Source: Catajapyx aquilonaris (lineage: Eukaryota). Taken from it: a DNA stretch of 31,624 bases. Positions 1 to 11,115 of this stretch are shown here, in pieces. The DNA lies in assembly GCA_000934665.2 (NCBI GenBank), contig KZ538027.1, positions 124,001 through 155,624 on the forward strand. The letters are read 5' to 3'. The translations under genes and the position numbers were made by a program. The notes under the pieces were generated by a model. That model did not search any database, was not told the origin of the DNA, and saw only the letters and a list, made by a program, of their open reading frames with translations. Numbering within the stretch: the stretch's first letter is position 1; every line of letters begins with the position of its first letter.

Positions 1-1889
1 GGGAAAAACGATACATTCGGACGGATTTATATATTATTTTACATTACATTATATCCACCTTGCGTTTCGTCCCCTTGATTGCGATTCAGGTGAAACATTT
101 TCGTCCAATTTTGATTCATCGCCTAAAATGAACAGTTTAATTTATATCTTTAATAATGACATATTTACTTTAACATCATTTCTTAATAGTGTTACGTATC
201 CGGTTTCCGTTTGAAAATGAATTCATTTGACATGATTAAACCTGGCCGCAAAGTCAGCCAGTTGGAAGGAATTGGTATATATAAGTGTCCCTAATCCACA
301 CTTGAACTTGGGCAATGAACCAGCCTGTATTTTTCACCGCATGGCACACGGTACAATGGCCGTAACCGTGCAGAAAGCAGAGGGGCAGTGACTCATCTGT
401 AGCCTGCAGTTAATAATAATAATAAAAACCAACATGCATATGCACAAAAATATCCACATGATGATGGAGTGCACCATTTTGCAATAATTTTTGCAAGGAA
501 AAGAGCCCTTTTCCGGCTTCGCTAATTACGAGAAAAGTGGGACTTCGTGACTCGTAATCTCCGCTGGTGCTCGCTGACTTTTAAATGATCAAGAAATGAG
601 TCGTAAACGTCTCTGGGCAGTGATTTGTGGTAAAAATTAAAAGTAGGCACCCAGGCGTGCCTATACTTGCTGGACTCTTAACACTATTAAAACCTAGGTG
701 CCAAGACCTATAGGTGGGATTACAAGAGATTGCATGAAAAAATCCCTTTAGGAGTGATGAATTATGCTGAGCCCTCCCAATGGGAGTCACGCCTCCTTTC
801 TCAAGATGACACTATCTGAAAAAGGAAGCGTGAGAAGACCCCGGAAACCCTCCGAAAGCTTCCTTGATGCTCGGCACTCTCGTGCTCTCTTCAAAAGAAG
901 AAGAAGTATGGAGCGAACACCTTTTGGGCATGTATATGTATATTATCCTCTCCCTCATCCCGATGCAGCGAAGGTTAAGGTCCTCGGCGCGAATTCCAAA
1001 GGAGAAGGTCACCTCAAGAGGGCAACAGTATTATATAGGAGGTTTTGTCCTTCTTCACCGCACATTTTTGCACCTTGAGGCTAGCAATTGCACATTCACG
1101 TGTGGGCAGGACATTCCAAACAAGCAATTATATTCATGCCACTTGGTCACTTAATATTGAAGCAATAGCCACCTTTACTGCAGTAGGCCCTAGTGTAAAA
1201 AGTATTTGAGCCAATTCGGAGGAGGGTCTTACCATTGACAATTCCTGTTTACTGTCACGTTTGCCTGACTGAATTTGCACAGTTGACAAAACAGGTGCCC
1301 TGAGGGAGTCTATTCAGGTGCAGTTCGGCGGGGATATATTCCCTCTTTTTATTGCTTCCTCCCAGGTAGGGCTTTCTCCACCAACTTTTACTGTTCCTAT
1401 ATTTATAATAGGGGGGTAATGAAAACTCGCAGAGAGGAAGAGACCTGCTTTTACACCTGGATGAGAAGGTATATAGTCATGAAGAGAGTTTTTTTCCTTG
1501 CATGTGAGTTTGTACAGAGCAAATAAAAATTCCGCCTTGGAGGTGTCCGTGATTCAAAGCAACCGATGGTCACTTATCACGCCATAGCTTCCTGAAAATT
1601 GGCAGGTTCAGAGAGAGAGAGAAAAAACGGCACCTTCATTTGAATATACTGCAATTACAGCGGATTATTTTGCAGCACGACCCGAGTTAATGTTCGTAAT
1701 TTTGTGGACTAAAACCGTCGAACTTTCACCCTGTAGCTTCTTGGGAGGCGCGATTAATCCAGTAATTATCCTTACAGGGTCATATAAAAAGCACATAAAA
1801 GTGGCGGGTGTTGCACAAGTCTTTCTTTTTAATAGGCGGAAAATTTTTCCCACACTTAGCAACAGGCCGGTTTATTAGCTTGGAATACA

Positions 1890-2166
1890 TTTTAGCACTG
1901 CTTATAAAAGCTGCTAAAAGTGATTGACATTTTGTCAACAATTTATTTCGAATTTTTAAGCAATTATTTTTGACACGTGCCGATTTAAAGCCGCACTCAC
2001 TCATGTTTCATTACATTATTAGCTTACATTAGTTAGCACTGCTTATAAAGCCTGATAAAAGTGTTTAGTAAATTTAATTGAACATTCAGCCAACAATTAA
2101 TTTTTATGCATTTTTGACACTTGGACAAAATCCAGGCCGATATATGCCACTCACTCATTTTTCATT
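1890..2166. repeat. Diverged tandem duplication, two copies of about 140 bp
   Basis: TTAGCACTGCTTATAAA...TTTTTGACAC...GCCGAT...CACTCACTCAT..TTCATT occurs in the same order at about 1890-2012 and 2033-2166. Confidence 0.75.
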
Positions 2167-2879
2167 CAGCAAAAATGCGCATATAAAAAATTTTCACTGA
2201 ATCGAGGTTGCGTTCCAAATTTTCCAACTGGTTCGCAATTGCAACAGTTTTATTGCACCGTCATGACATTGGCAACATTGCTTGTTCGTACGATCCCTTT
2301 TTCAGATAAAAGCATTACACCATTGCAAATATCTGGATCGACAATCAGGGATTGAAATCCTATGCGTGCACCTCACAGCATGCAGCGGATCTTAATCTTT
2401 TTAAAGGAAGAAAAAAAAGGGGGGGCATGGCGGAAACATTGAGGAAGAAGCATGCTTCAAGTAGGGTGGGATCAAAATTGGCGAGCAATTATAGCAGACT
2501 TTGTGCTACCGTACAGTCTAAAGAATCCTGTTCGCACGAGGCCCCCATCCTTCAGATTTAAAAAATTTGCAGGCGGCCCAAGGGTAGATGACCTTGTCTA
2601 CCGGTTTTTGCACAAATCCGCGACTCATCTGATTCCGTATTATTATCAGTCTATGATAATATGTCGCATTAATTATTTTAAAGAGTCTGCTGCACCCGTT
2701 TAAGGAAGAGGCTATTTTTGATCCAACCCGCAGTCAACAACCAATAAATCTTGAGCTTATCCTGCAAGTTGTCACATAGTGATGGCCAAGGTATAGTTGA
2801 AGGCCTTCTTATACTTTAGAATTAACACCAACAACGGCCATGATCTAGTTGAACACCTTATTTAATACTGTCAATTTGT

Positions 2880-3545
2880 GGTGAGATTGTGCCACATGGG
2901 CCGGGGTGAGATTGTGCCAATAATATTTCAGAAGGAAGCAGCATACGCCATCTATTGATTTCATTCCCAACTTCTGCCGGTTCCATTGGGGTTAGATTGT
3001 GCCTGGTGGGGTGAGATTGTGACAACGCATTTTTGGACAACAGTGCGTCCTACTGGCAGCAGGCGAATTTAGGCATGTTTCATTATACATTGAGGGATGG
3101 TGAAGGTAGGCAATGATGTGTAAAATTCGCGGTAGGGCGCACTGTTGTCCCAAACCAATGCTCTGGCACAATCTCATCCCAATAGGACCGAAAGAAGTTG
3201 GGAAGGAAATCAGTAGATGGTGTATGCTGCTTTCCTTCAGTTAGCGGCACGACATGACAGATGCCTTTTAGTGCCTATAGCTAGACCCTGAATAGGCTAA
3301 GTATGGAAGGAGATCAGTAGATGGCTCTGCTTCCATCCGAAATTTTAGCGGCACGACATGACGGATGCTTTATAGTAAATACTTACAGCCGAAGTGTAGT
3401 TGAAGACCTCCCTTAAAATAACACTAGCACCTACTATAATTTGGGAAGGAAGTCAACAGATGGCGCATATGCAGCTTCCTGTTCCGAAATTAGTGGCACG
3501 GCGTGACGGATGAACGTTAATGTGGCTCCGTCATGTCGTGCCGCT
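2880..3545. repeat. Complex inverted plus direct repeat cluster (probable nested MITE/foldback remnants)
   Basis: 2929-3003 is the imperfect reverse complement of 3165-3240. A unit GGAAGGA..TCA.(T/C)AGATGG...GCTTCC...TTAG.GGCACG..(A/G)TGAC.GATG recurs near 3200, 3305 and 3443, with a partial inverted copy at 3527-3545. A GTGAGATTGTG-type motif recurs near 2881, 2906, 2991 and 3011. Confidence 0.75.
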
Positions 3546-3565
3546 GCTTATAGTATTTTACTCAC

Positions 3566-3626
3566 CAGATTTGCCAACTCTTCTTCCTCCCAGGACCACA
3601 ACCCGGATGCGGTTTAGATTGGTCAT
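3566..3626 (-). CDS. First coding exon of a Ras-family small GTPase (RERG/RASL11/12-like); remaining exons not found in window
   Basis: ATG at 3626 reads MTNLNRIRVVVLGGRRVGKS, the beta1 strand plus GxxxxGKS P-loop, followed immediately by a phase-1 donor G|GTGAGT at 3565. Upstream pyrimidine-rich (TTC)n tract on the minus strand looks like 5' UTR. Confidence 0.8.
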
Positions 3627-4300
3627 CGCGCCCCGAATATTTAGAAAAAGAGTAGCCTAAGGTCAGTTCAAAGAGCTGGCTGGGTCTACCACGTGGGTTG
3701 TTGAGAGGATAGGTTGCAGGAAGTGGTCGGACAAGAGGCCGCGGATCAACTGGCTGGAAGAAGGATCAGCTCCGGCCTTTTTACAATGCTGGGTTGGCCC
3801 AGCAGCAGCAGCAGCCAGCAACCAGTTGGGAGAGATGGAGGAAGAAGAAGGAAGGTGGAGGTGGTTGGTTGGTGGTAAGGGTAGTGTGGGGAGAAGACCA
3901 AGAAGAAGAAGGAGGAGAAGAAGAAGAAGCCAGCTGATCTTTGTTGTGGTGGACCAGCATGGGAGCCCTGGCAAAACACGTTTTCTGATGGCCAATTGGC
4001 GAACCTTGGAAGGCACGTAGGAGGAACTGGATGCATGAGTTGCATAACTTACGCAATGAAGGAGTCTAAACCTGGGTGAAGAGTCGCATGTTGCTCAGTA
4101 GTGAACGCCCGAAGAAAAAATTCGAGACAAAAATATGAGGTGCCATGAAAATCATATATAGATTTGGCTAAGCGTGACTCTGTCCCTACATGTGTTGACT
4201 CATCACCAACGTGCATGTAGTACTCCCTTTCCCCTGAGAGCGGCAGTAGTGCGCAGAGAGGGACGATGCGCGTCATCTGTCTGTGGCATTTCGTAGTATA

Positions 4301-4463
4301 CAGTTGAATCCGAATATAGCAGCCTTTGGCTATAACAGACTCGACAGGCCGGTCCTGACATACATCCATGTATGGCTTGTGTATTCGACTATAACATACC
4401 TCGGTTATAACATACAAATTTCCGTGACGGTTACTTGAAGTCTGTTATATCCGGATTCAACTG
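4301..4463. mobile_element. 163 bp Tc1/mariner-pogo-type MITE
   Basis: TA|CAGTTGAATCCGAATATAGCAG ... CTGTTATATCCGGATTCAACTG|TA: 22 bp TIRs (20/22 match), TA target duplication on both sides, internal TATAACA repeats. Confidence 0.85.
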
Positions 4464-4679
4464 TAGGCATACATCCAAGTTGAGGGGGGGGGGGCAGTGT
4501 TGCCAAATGTCAGCAACGGGTTTACTACTAGTTGATAGTAAATTACAGAAAGTGAGACTTATGCTTCTTTATTCCAACAAGTCGCTGAATTGAAAGTTGA
4601 AGTGCAGCCTGATCTAAATTTTTTTTTGGCAAATTTTGGAAACTTCCTAACTCGAACTCATTACGTTAATTGGCTCTTA

Positions 4680-4814
4680 NNNNNNNNNNNNNNNNNNNNN
4701 NNNNNNNNNNNNNNNNNNNNNNNNNNNNNNNNNNNNNNNNNNNNNNNNNNNNNNNNNNNNNNNNNNNNNNNNNNNNNNNNNNNNNNNNNNNNNNNNNNNN
4801 NNNNNNNNNNNNNN
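4680..4814. other. Assembly gap (N run) next to a G homopolymer
   Basis: 135 N bases followed by a run of G. Confidence 0.99.
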
Positions 4815-5813
4815 GGGGGGGGAAGCGAAGGTTTAATGGACTCGACTCGAAAGATCGGGATTTTCTTTTTTTTTCGCACATCACTTTGCCCGTAGAATGA
4901 TCTAACCTTTCGATGCTTTACATGAGAATGAGCTGCTCTAAAGGCAACCACACACACTCTTGAGTACACTTTACACACAAAAAAATAGGGGGTGTGCGGA
5001 ATTTTTAAAACCAACCTGTCCAGATGTTTACATCAGGAAGAGTTCCTGTTTCCAAGCCCCCTACTCTGGAACGATTTTTTTTTTTTTGCAAGAATTTTCC
5101 ACGCATTCCATCCATTGGCGGGTAGCACAGTAGGCGCCGTATATCCTATATATGAGGAGGGAAATAATGGCATCTTGTCAGGGTAATGTCTTCGCAAAAC
5201 AGGTTGGTGACGTCACACTGGGAGATTCGCATGCAAATAGTCGCTTAACGCTGCTCACATTGTGTTAATGACAGTTGACTAAATGCTAATTAATTTATTG
5301 CCGGCTGCAGTTTACCAAATTTTACAATGTGCCCCACCCTGTACAGTAGTACATACACGCCGTAAATGAATAACCGTGTCTTAAATTAGCGAAATGATTT
5401 AGAACAAAAGGAGCGAAAAATTAGCAATTTCATATTTTGGGCGCGCTTTTTTATGTCAACTGCATTGTGCTGCCACCTGATGGACGTAACTCAAATTAAA
5501 TGATTCCCGAAGATGCACTGCCACCCCATCTAGTGAGCATCTTGGCGTTAACGGACATTTCTAAACATTTGAAAATAATAACAATTTATTAATATGATAA
5601 AACTTAAATAATTTTAATCTAGCACGCAATTAGAATGCGCAACTGGCCGAAGTAACACAGCTGTTACAAGTAGCCGCGGTTGTATGTCATCAGTTGCGCT
5701 ACATTCGGCTCCCCGGTCGCCATTTTGGTTCCGATGTTTTCTCATCAGATATCCGATTAATTATTTTTAAGAGCTCGAATTTTCTTCCCTTCGGACACGT
5801 CCAACACGGGACG

Positions 5814-6268
5814 ATGCTTCTGTCCCGGATAGCCCGTCCGGTCCTCCGGGTCGGGAGGAGCTTCTCAACATCCGGAGCACTCAGAGGAGGGTGAGTAGAC
5901 TGGGCACAGGGAAGAAGAAGTACCACAACTGTTTGTTCTATTTGTTGTCAACAAAAGGGCTTGGACGTACCGAGAACCGCCTCAGCTACCGTCGAAAAAG
6001 AGCATAATTAAGGCTGAGCTGGTCGGAGGCTTCATGTGGTGGTGGATCTTGTGGCACCTGTGGCACGAGCCTGAACATCTCACGGTAAAGTGCCAGCCGG
6101 AAACAACAACATCGTCAATGAATATCATAAGTTTTATTATTACAAACTTTGCCAAACATTGCACGTACAAAGTAATAAAATAATATCTATCCCCAGGGCG
6201 AGTTTCCATACCCGGACCCAACTCAGTGGACGGACGAGGAGCTTGGAATACCTCCGGACGAAGAGTGA
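5814..6268 (+). CDS. NDUFB2: NADH:ubiquinone oxidoreductase subunit B2 (AGGG), 3 exons: 5814-5890, 5958-6084, 6197-6268
   Basis: Spliced product MLLSRIARPVLRVGRSFSTSGALRGGAWTYREPPQLPSKKSIIKAELVGGFMWWWILWHLWHEPEHLTGEFPYPDPTQWTDEELGIPPDEE*: mitochondrial transit peptide plus the family motifs MWWWILWH and YPDPxxWTDEELGIPP. GT-AG introns keep frame. Confidence 0.95.
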
Positions 6269-6343
6269 TGCAGGCACACTGTTTATAAAATTGTTATAGT
6301 GCACTAGTCCTAATTAAAGCGCTGTCAAACGCAGAGTTTGTAC

Positions 6344-9300
6344 TCAAAACCGACGCCGAATCCAATCCTTGTCCTGGTAGTAGCGGGGGTTGGCGATGTA
6401 CAATCCGGCCCGCTTGTAGAAATAGTAGTGCAGGACTGAAACTGATTGTGCGATCAGTACCATTGCGTTTAACCACATGTAATTGAACGTACCTGCTCGC
6501 TGCAGTATGTACAGCACGTAGACGCCGTATGACCAGGTGTACTCCTTCAAGTGGCCCCACATCATGGACAGGTTGCACGCATGGTACGCAATCGACAGCC
6601 CAAGGTACACCACGACAAAGGACAACGAGTACCTGAACTCCCTGATCAATACTCCAACCAAACCAACCTGTTGGTAGAAATTACATTCATTTATGTCAAT
6701 TATGTACAGTACGTATATTGCACAAATTATTATGTACAGTATAATATATGTTGCAGTATAATTAATATGTATAAATTATGTACAGTAGAATTTGCAGAAA
6801 TTATTACGTTCCGTGTAATTAATGCGCACAAATTATTTTGTACGGTGTAATTAATTTGCAAAAATTATTTTACACAGTGTACTGTAATTGAATTACATCT
6901 TAGTTCTTTCATAGAGTGTAATTAATTTGCAAAAATGATTTTACACAGTATACTGTAATTGAATTGTATGAATTACATCTTAGTTCTTTCATAGAGTGTA
7001 ATTAATTTGCATAAATTATGTACAGTACATTCCACAAAATATTTTGTGCAGTATAATGAATTTGCCTAATTTATTTCGCACAGTCTAATTTACAATTTTG
7101 CATCAATTACTTCCCACAGTATAATTATTACGTAACAGTATAATTTGGACAAATAATTTACTGTAGTATGATTAATTTGCACCAAATTCATATCAGTGTA
7201 ATTAATTTGCATAAATTATTTTTCACAGTATACTGTAATTGAACTGTATACATTATTTCTTAAGTTATTTCATATAATCTAATTACTTTGCATAAATTAA
7301 TTCGTGTAATATTATTAATCTTCATGAATAATTATTTCGTGTAGTACCAGTATGATTAATCTTCATGAATTATTTTCGGTAGTATGATTAATTTGTGCGA
7401 ATTATTTTGTGCAGTATAATAATTACAATGCAGTTCGCAATAATTTAATAATAATATATTGTTCACACAGAAGAGGACTTTTAAAAAAATTCGAATCAAT
7501 TAGCTTCGAGGTGTGCCGGTAGATGGCAGGCCTGTCGACATTCTCTAATATGCCCGATAGATGGCGGGCCAATCGGCTTTCGCCCCCACAAATTAAGAGT
7601 CGAAACCAGTGCAGCTTCCCTCCCCCGCCTCTCGCTGGAGAACCAGATGGACTGGCCCGACCGCCAGGCCACGCAACGCTCGATATCGATAACGCCTCCT
7701 CTCGACCTCGCACACAACTCGTGAGCAGGGAGGCAGCCGCGACAGAAGAAGGAATTCCGCGTTCATCTGACAGCGATTATCGCAAATTTATCGCAATTTC
7801 ATCGTGGATATGGACAACATGGGGTCACCAGGGTTCGGTAAGCACAGCTACAGTACTATAGTACATAGCATTGAACGATCTATGATAGTACACACACGAG
7901 TACTATCAGTTCATAGACCATTGCAAGTGGCGTTGCCTATAGTTCGCATTGTGGCCAACAGGTGGCAGGGGTGGCGCCATCAAATCAGGCGGGAAGTTTG
8001 AACTAGTGTTATTAATTCCCTCAATTTTTTGAACAGATTGGTCTGCGAGGCATCACCAACAGCAGCAGCAGCAGGAGTCACCGTCGCAGTCGGTTATACC
8101 ACATTTTGACAAGCTGATTGTGCCGCCCAGTATGCGCTCTATCTACTGGAAGTACTTTGGGTTCCCGGGGTCGTCCGAGGGTCAGATCATCACCAGGATG
8201 AAGATAGTGTGCACCATTTGCCAGCAGCTGATTGTGTACAACCGGAATACTAGTAACCTACGTGTGCACCTCCAAACGCACCATCCGCATGAGCTGCGGG
8301 ACCTCGAGGTCAGCTCCTCCCTGGCTCTGGGGTCCAGGGTCAGTAATAGCATTACGGGTGCAGAGGGAAGGGTCAGTAACAGCATTCAATCCCAGGGTGC
8401 GGAGGGGAGAGGCGCCGGATTCCCAAATCTGCTGGCAGTCCCGCAACCGGCTATGGTCACAGTCAAGGAGGAATTTAGGTCGGTATCAGTATCCGATATT
8501 AACCGGAAGTTCAGTCACTACACGAATCTTGTTTTTAGGTTGTCTGAAGATTCAGGCAGTGGACATATTGGATCGAGGCTCTCGGAGGATTCCGGAAGTG
8601 GCCACGTTGGATCCAGCTGGATGGAATCTGAAGGTGACGACCTCACGATGCAGGTGTCGGACTTCCTGTTGCAGGATCTACTTCCGCTGGACATTGTGGA
8701 TGGACCGGGGTTCCGCCGTCTCCTAGGCAGCTTGTCACCATCTGGCCATATCCCAACAGCCGCCAGACTTGAAGAGGGCGTGTTGCCCCATGCGTACGCC
8801 ACACTCCACTCCGACGTACAAGAATACGTGCGGGAAACACCACACGTCTCATTATGCTTGGAGACCTGGGAGTCGTTAATGCTTCACACTCACATTACAG
8901 CATCTGTAACCTGTGTAGGAAATGAGGCTAAAGTACTGCGTACAATTCGGTGCCACAATTGGAAAGCATCAAATTTCCGCCGGTTTGTGTAATGACAGAT
9001 TCGGTATCGTAATGAAATCCTAATGCTGCTTGTTCATTCCCAGATTTATAGTGGAGGTGATGGAAGAGTGGGGCATCAAGAGCAAGATAATCGTTGTTGC
9101 CTCGTCCGAACCGCTGTTGAGGCATGCGATACAAGTGCTGGACATGACCGCAGTTCCATGCTTAGTTCACTCCATACAGAAAGCTGTGGAAGAGCTTTTC
9201 TTCATCCCAGAAGTGGCCACCACGTTACGAGTGGCTCGTTCCATCCAATTTTCTGAAGTCGATTACCCGCCTATGTGGACCACAACGTACGCGATACTCG

Positions 9301-11050
9301 AGAGATGCAAAGGACACGACAACATCGCTCAGGGATTCCTCAAGGACATCCTGGACGTGCTGTGTCCACTGACGGTCGCCATGGCCACGCTCTCCAACAC
9401 GCCCATGTCCATAATTAAACCTTTGCTGTCTCAGCTGGAGCGTGTGCACATGCGTCAGGCTGAAGGAGACTCCCCTCTGTCCAAGCGATTGAAGGCGACT
9501 GTCCTGTCATGCCTCACTAGAGATTACGACAGTGAGCAATTACAGGTGCGCTTCTGATTTCTCCAAATATTGCAGCATGTTTTACTGAGAAAGTTGTTTA
9601 CAGGTTGCCCTCCAGACGGCCTCATTTTTGGATCCTCGCTTCCGGGCAGCGTCCGAGTCCAATCCAGATGCTCGTCAGCTTATCCTCTCACGGCTAAAGA
9701 CAGTGATGGACGAATCTGGTCCGCAACTGAAGCGTGCAAAGGCTAGTGCTTCCAGTTCCCCCAGTAGTGAGGACAAAAAATGTGGTGCTTCTTCGTCAAC
9801 TGCTACTGGAATGGCCTTTTTACTTGGCGACCTTGTGGGAAGCAGTTCTGAGGCCTCGGTGCAGAAGAAAGTGGAGGTTGAACTTGCACAGTACACGATA
9901 GAAGAAGGGCCGTCGCTTGAGTCATGTCCGCTGCAGTGGTGGGAGAAGACTAAGGGGAAGTGTCCATATCTGGCCTCCATGGCCACTGAGTTCTTGTGTG
10001 TTCCAGCTGCCGTCCTGTCTGGGGTAGCGACCGATGAGGCCATCATGTTTCATAGAAGGAGAGCCGCGCTTCCAGTGATTCCAGAGAGAGACAGCACGGA
10101 TCGGATTCTCTTCCTTCACTGGAACTCAAAGCGGACGGTTCCGACGTGATATCCAAACAGGCTTCTGCCTTTCCGTTAGTGCGTGTCCGCATGTGTACTG
10201 ATCATACATTCAGTATTAGTGACTAATGGATATTTTTAGCATACTGTGAAGCGGATCTCAAGTGCATGTGTATACAAGTGTACAGGGTGAGTCAGAACTG
10301 CAGGTGCAATGTGCATGCAGCCTAATATTTTTGGCAGGTTTAACACAGTGTATGATAACAGTGCGGCTGTGGACCTCGCATTAAATTATGTAATTTTATG
10401 TCAGACTCATTTGTATATAAAAAAACATGTCCTTATTTCTATTGTGGGTTGAAAATGATGTAGAGCAAGTGCGTACTTCAAATAAGACTGTTACTTGTGA
10501 TAGCATGGTACTCGCAAAATCTTCACATTGTCGTCTGAATGTACGATACGTTTCTACAATCCTGCTCCGCAATCACACCAAGTCATTACCAGGCTCCGAC
10601 ATTAGGGGGAAAGTGCATGTAATTACAAGTAGCACATATCTATCTTTTTACACAATAAATATTTGTACATGTCAATGACACAGTTTGTATAAAATGCAAT
10701 AAGTAATCAATTTGTTCTCAGGTATGCAATGGAGATTGATATAATAGTAATGCTGCCTACCTGAAACACATATGTGGAGAAGAACGCCAGGAAGAGAACG
10801 ATGAACGAGAAGATTATGCAAACGTCTTGAACACTGCCGGAGAAAATTAGTATCGATCGATTGACCTTTTTTTTTTGCATTATACTCAATGTAAATGGTG
10901 TAACGATGCAAGTACTTACATATAAAGGCACAGGAGTATGACCGGCTCATTGCGTATGAAGTCACTGGAGGCGTTAATGAGCAGATCTAAGGTGACGAAC
11001 AAGTACTGAGACCACAGAATCCATTGGTAACGAGCAACACTTAACATCAT
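6344..11050 (-). CDS. TMEM138: Transmembrane protein 138 (ciliary), 4 exons: 11050-10920, 10833-10761, 6667-6493, 6441-6344
   Basis: Spliced MMLSVARYQWILWSQYLFVTLDLLINASSDFIRNEPVILLCLYI/VQDVCIIFSFIVLFLAFFSTYVFQ/VGLVGVLIREFRYSL...LYILQRA/VSVLHYYFYKRAGLYIANPRYYQDKDWIRRRF* matches TMEM138 motifs as I recall them (QD....FxTxVFQxGLV, YFYKR, PxxYQDxxW). All junctions are GT-AG and in phase. Confidence 0.92.
6680..7460. repeat. AT-rich degenerate minisatellite, unit about 29-30 bp, in TMEM138 intron 2
   Basis: Recurring AAATTATTT..CACAGTATAATTAATTTGC variants; exact 41 bp duplication AATTACATCTTAGTTCTTTCATAGAGTGTAATTAATTTGCA at 6891 and 6971. Confidence 0.85.
7810..10149 (+). CDS. BED zinc finger / hAT transposase-derived (ZBED-like) protein, nested antisense in TMEM138 intron; exons 7810-7837, 8037-8982 (probable 60 nt in-frame intron 8479-8538), 9044-9545, 9604-10149
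   Basis: N-terminal BED finger (SIYWKYF...CTIC...NTSNLRVHLQTHH), DLLPLDIVDGPGFRRLL motif, CxxH motif (CLVH), ASFLDPRF and C-terminal hAT dimerisation region (PLQWWEK...PYLASMATEFLCVPA). Canonical in-phase splice sites join the three ORF-track fragments. No TIRs seen. Confidence 0.88.
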
Positions 11051-11083
11051 TTTTTTTTGTGAAAAAAAATCCCGCCTCAGAAA

Positions 11084-11115
11084 GTCACGTGATTGTTACG
11101 TCACTGATGACGTCA
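11084..11115. promoter_or_regulatory. TMEM138 proximal motifs: E-box GTCACGTGA and CRE palindrome TGACGTCA
   Basis: GTCACGTGA at 11084-11092 and TGACGTCA at 11108-11115, 34-65 bp upstream of the TMEM138 ATG. Function is inferred only. Confidence 0.45.

Noticed and set aside
580..1600. Coding-like stretch with ~100 aa ORFs and a CHVC...FRCS pattern, suggesting a decayed gene, zinc finger or endogenous viral element
   Set aside because: Stops in all frames, the Cys pattern needs a frameshift, and I recognise no family. A blastx/HMM search would be needed.
3663..4056. ORFs with poly-Leu, poly-Arg, poly-Phe and poly-Ser
   Set aside because: Artefacts of (GAA)n/(CAG)n low-complexity sequence in the probable GTPase leader.
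4590..5014. ORFs spanning the N run
   Set aside because: Open only because of the assembly gap.
6680..7460. Repeat arrays (also 20830-21245) as CRISPR-like
   Set aside because: Eukaryotic context, degenerate units, no unique constant-length spacers and no cas genes.
8120..10149. Active hAT transposon
   Set aside because: No TIRs or TSD, catalytic residues degenerate, host-like introns; treated as a domesticated gene.
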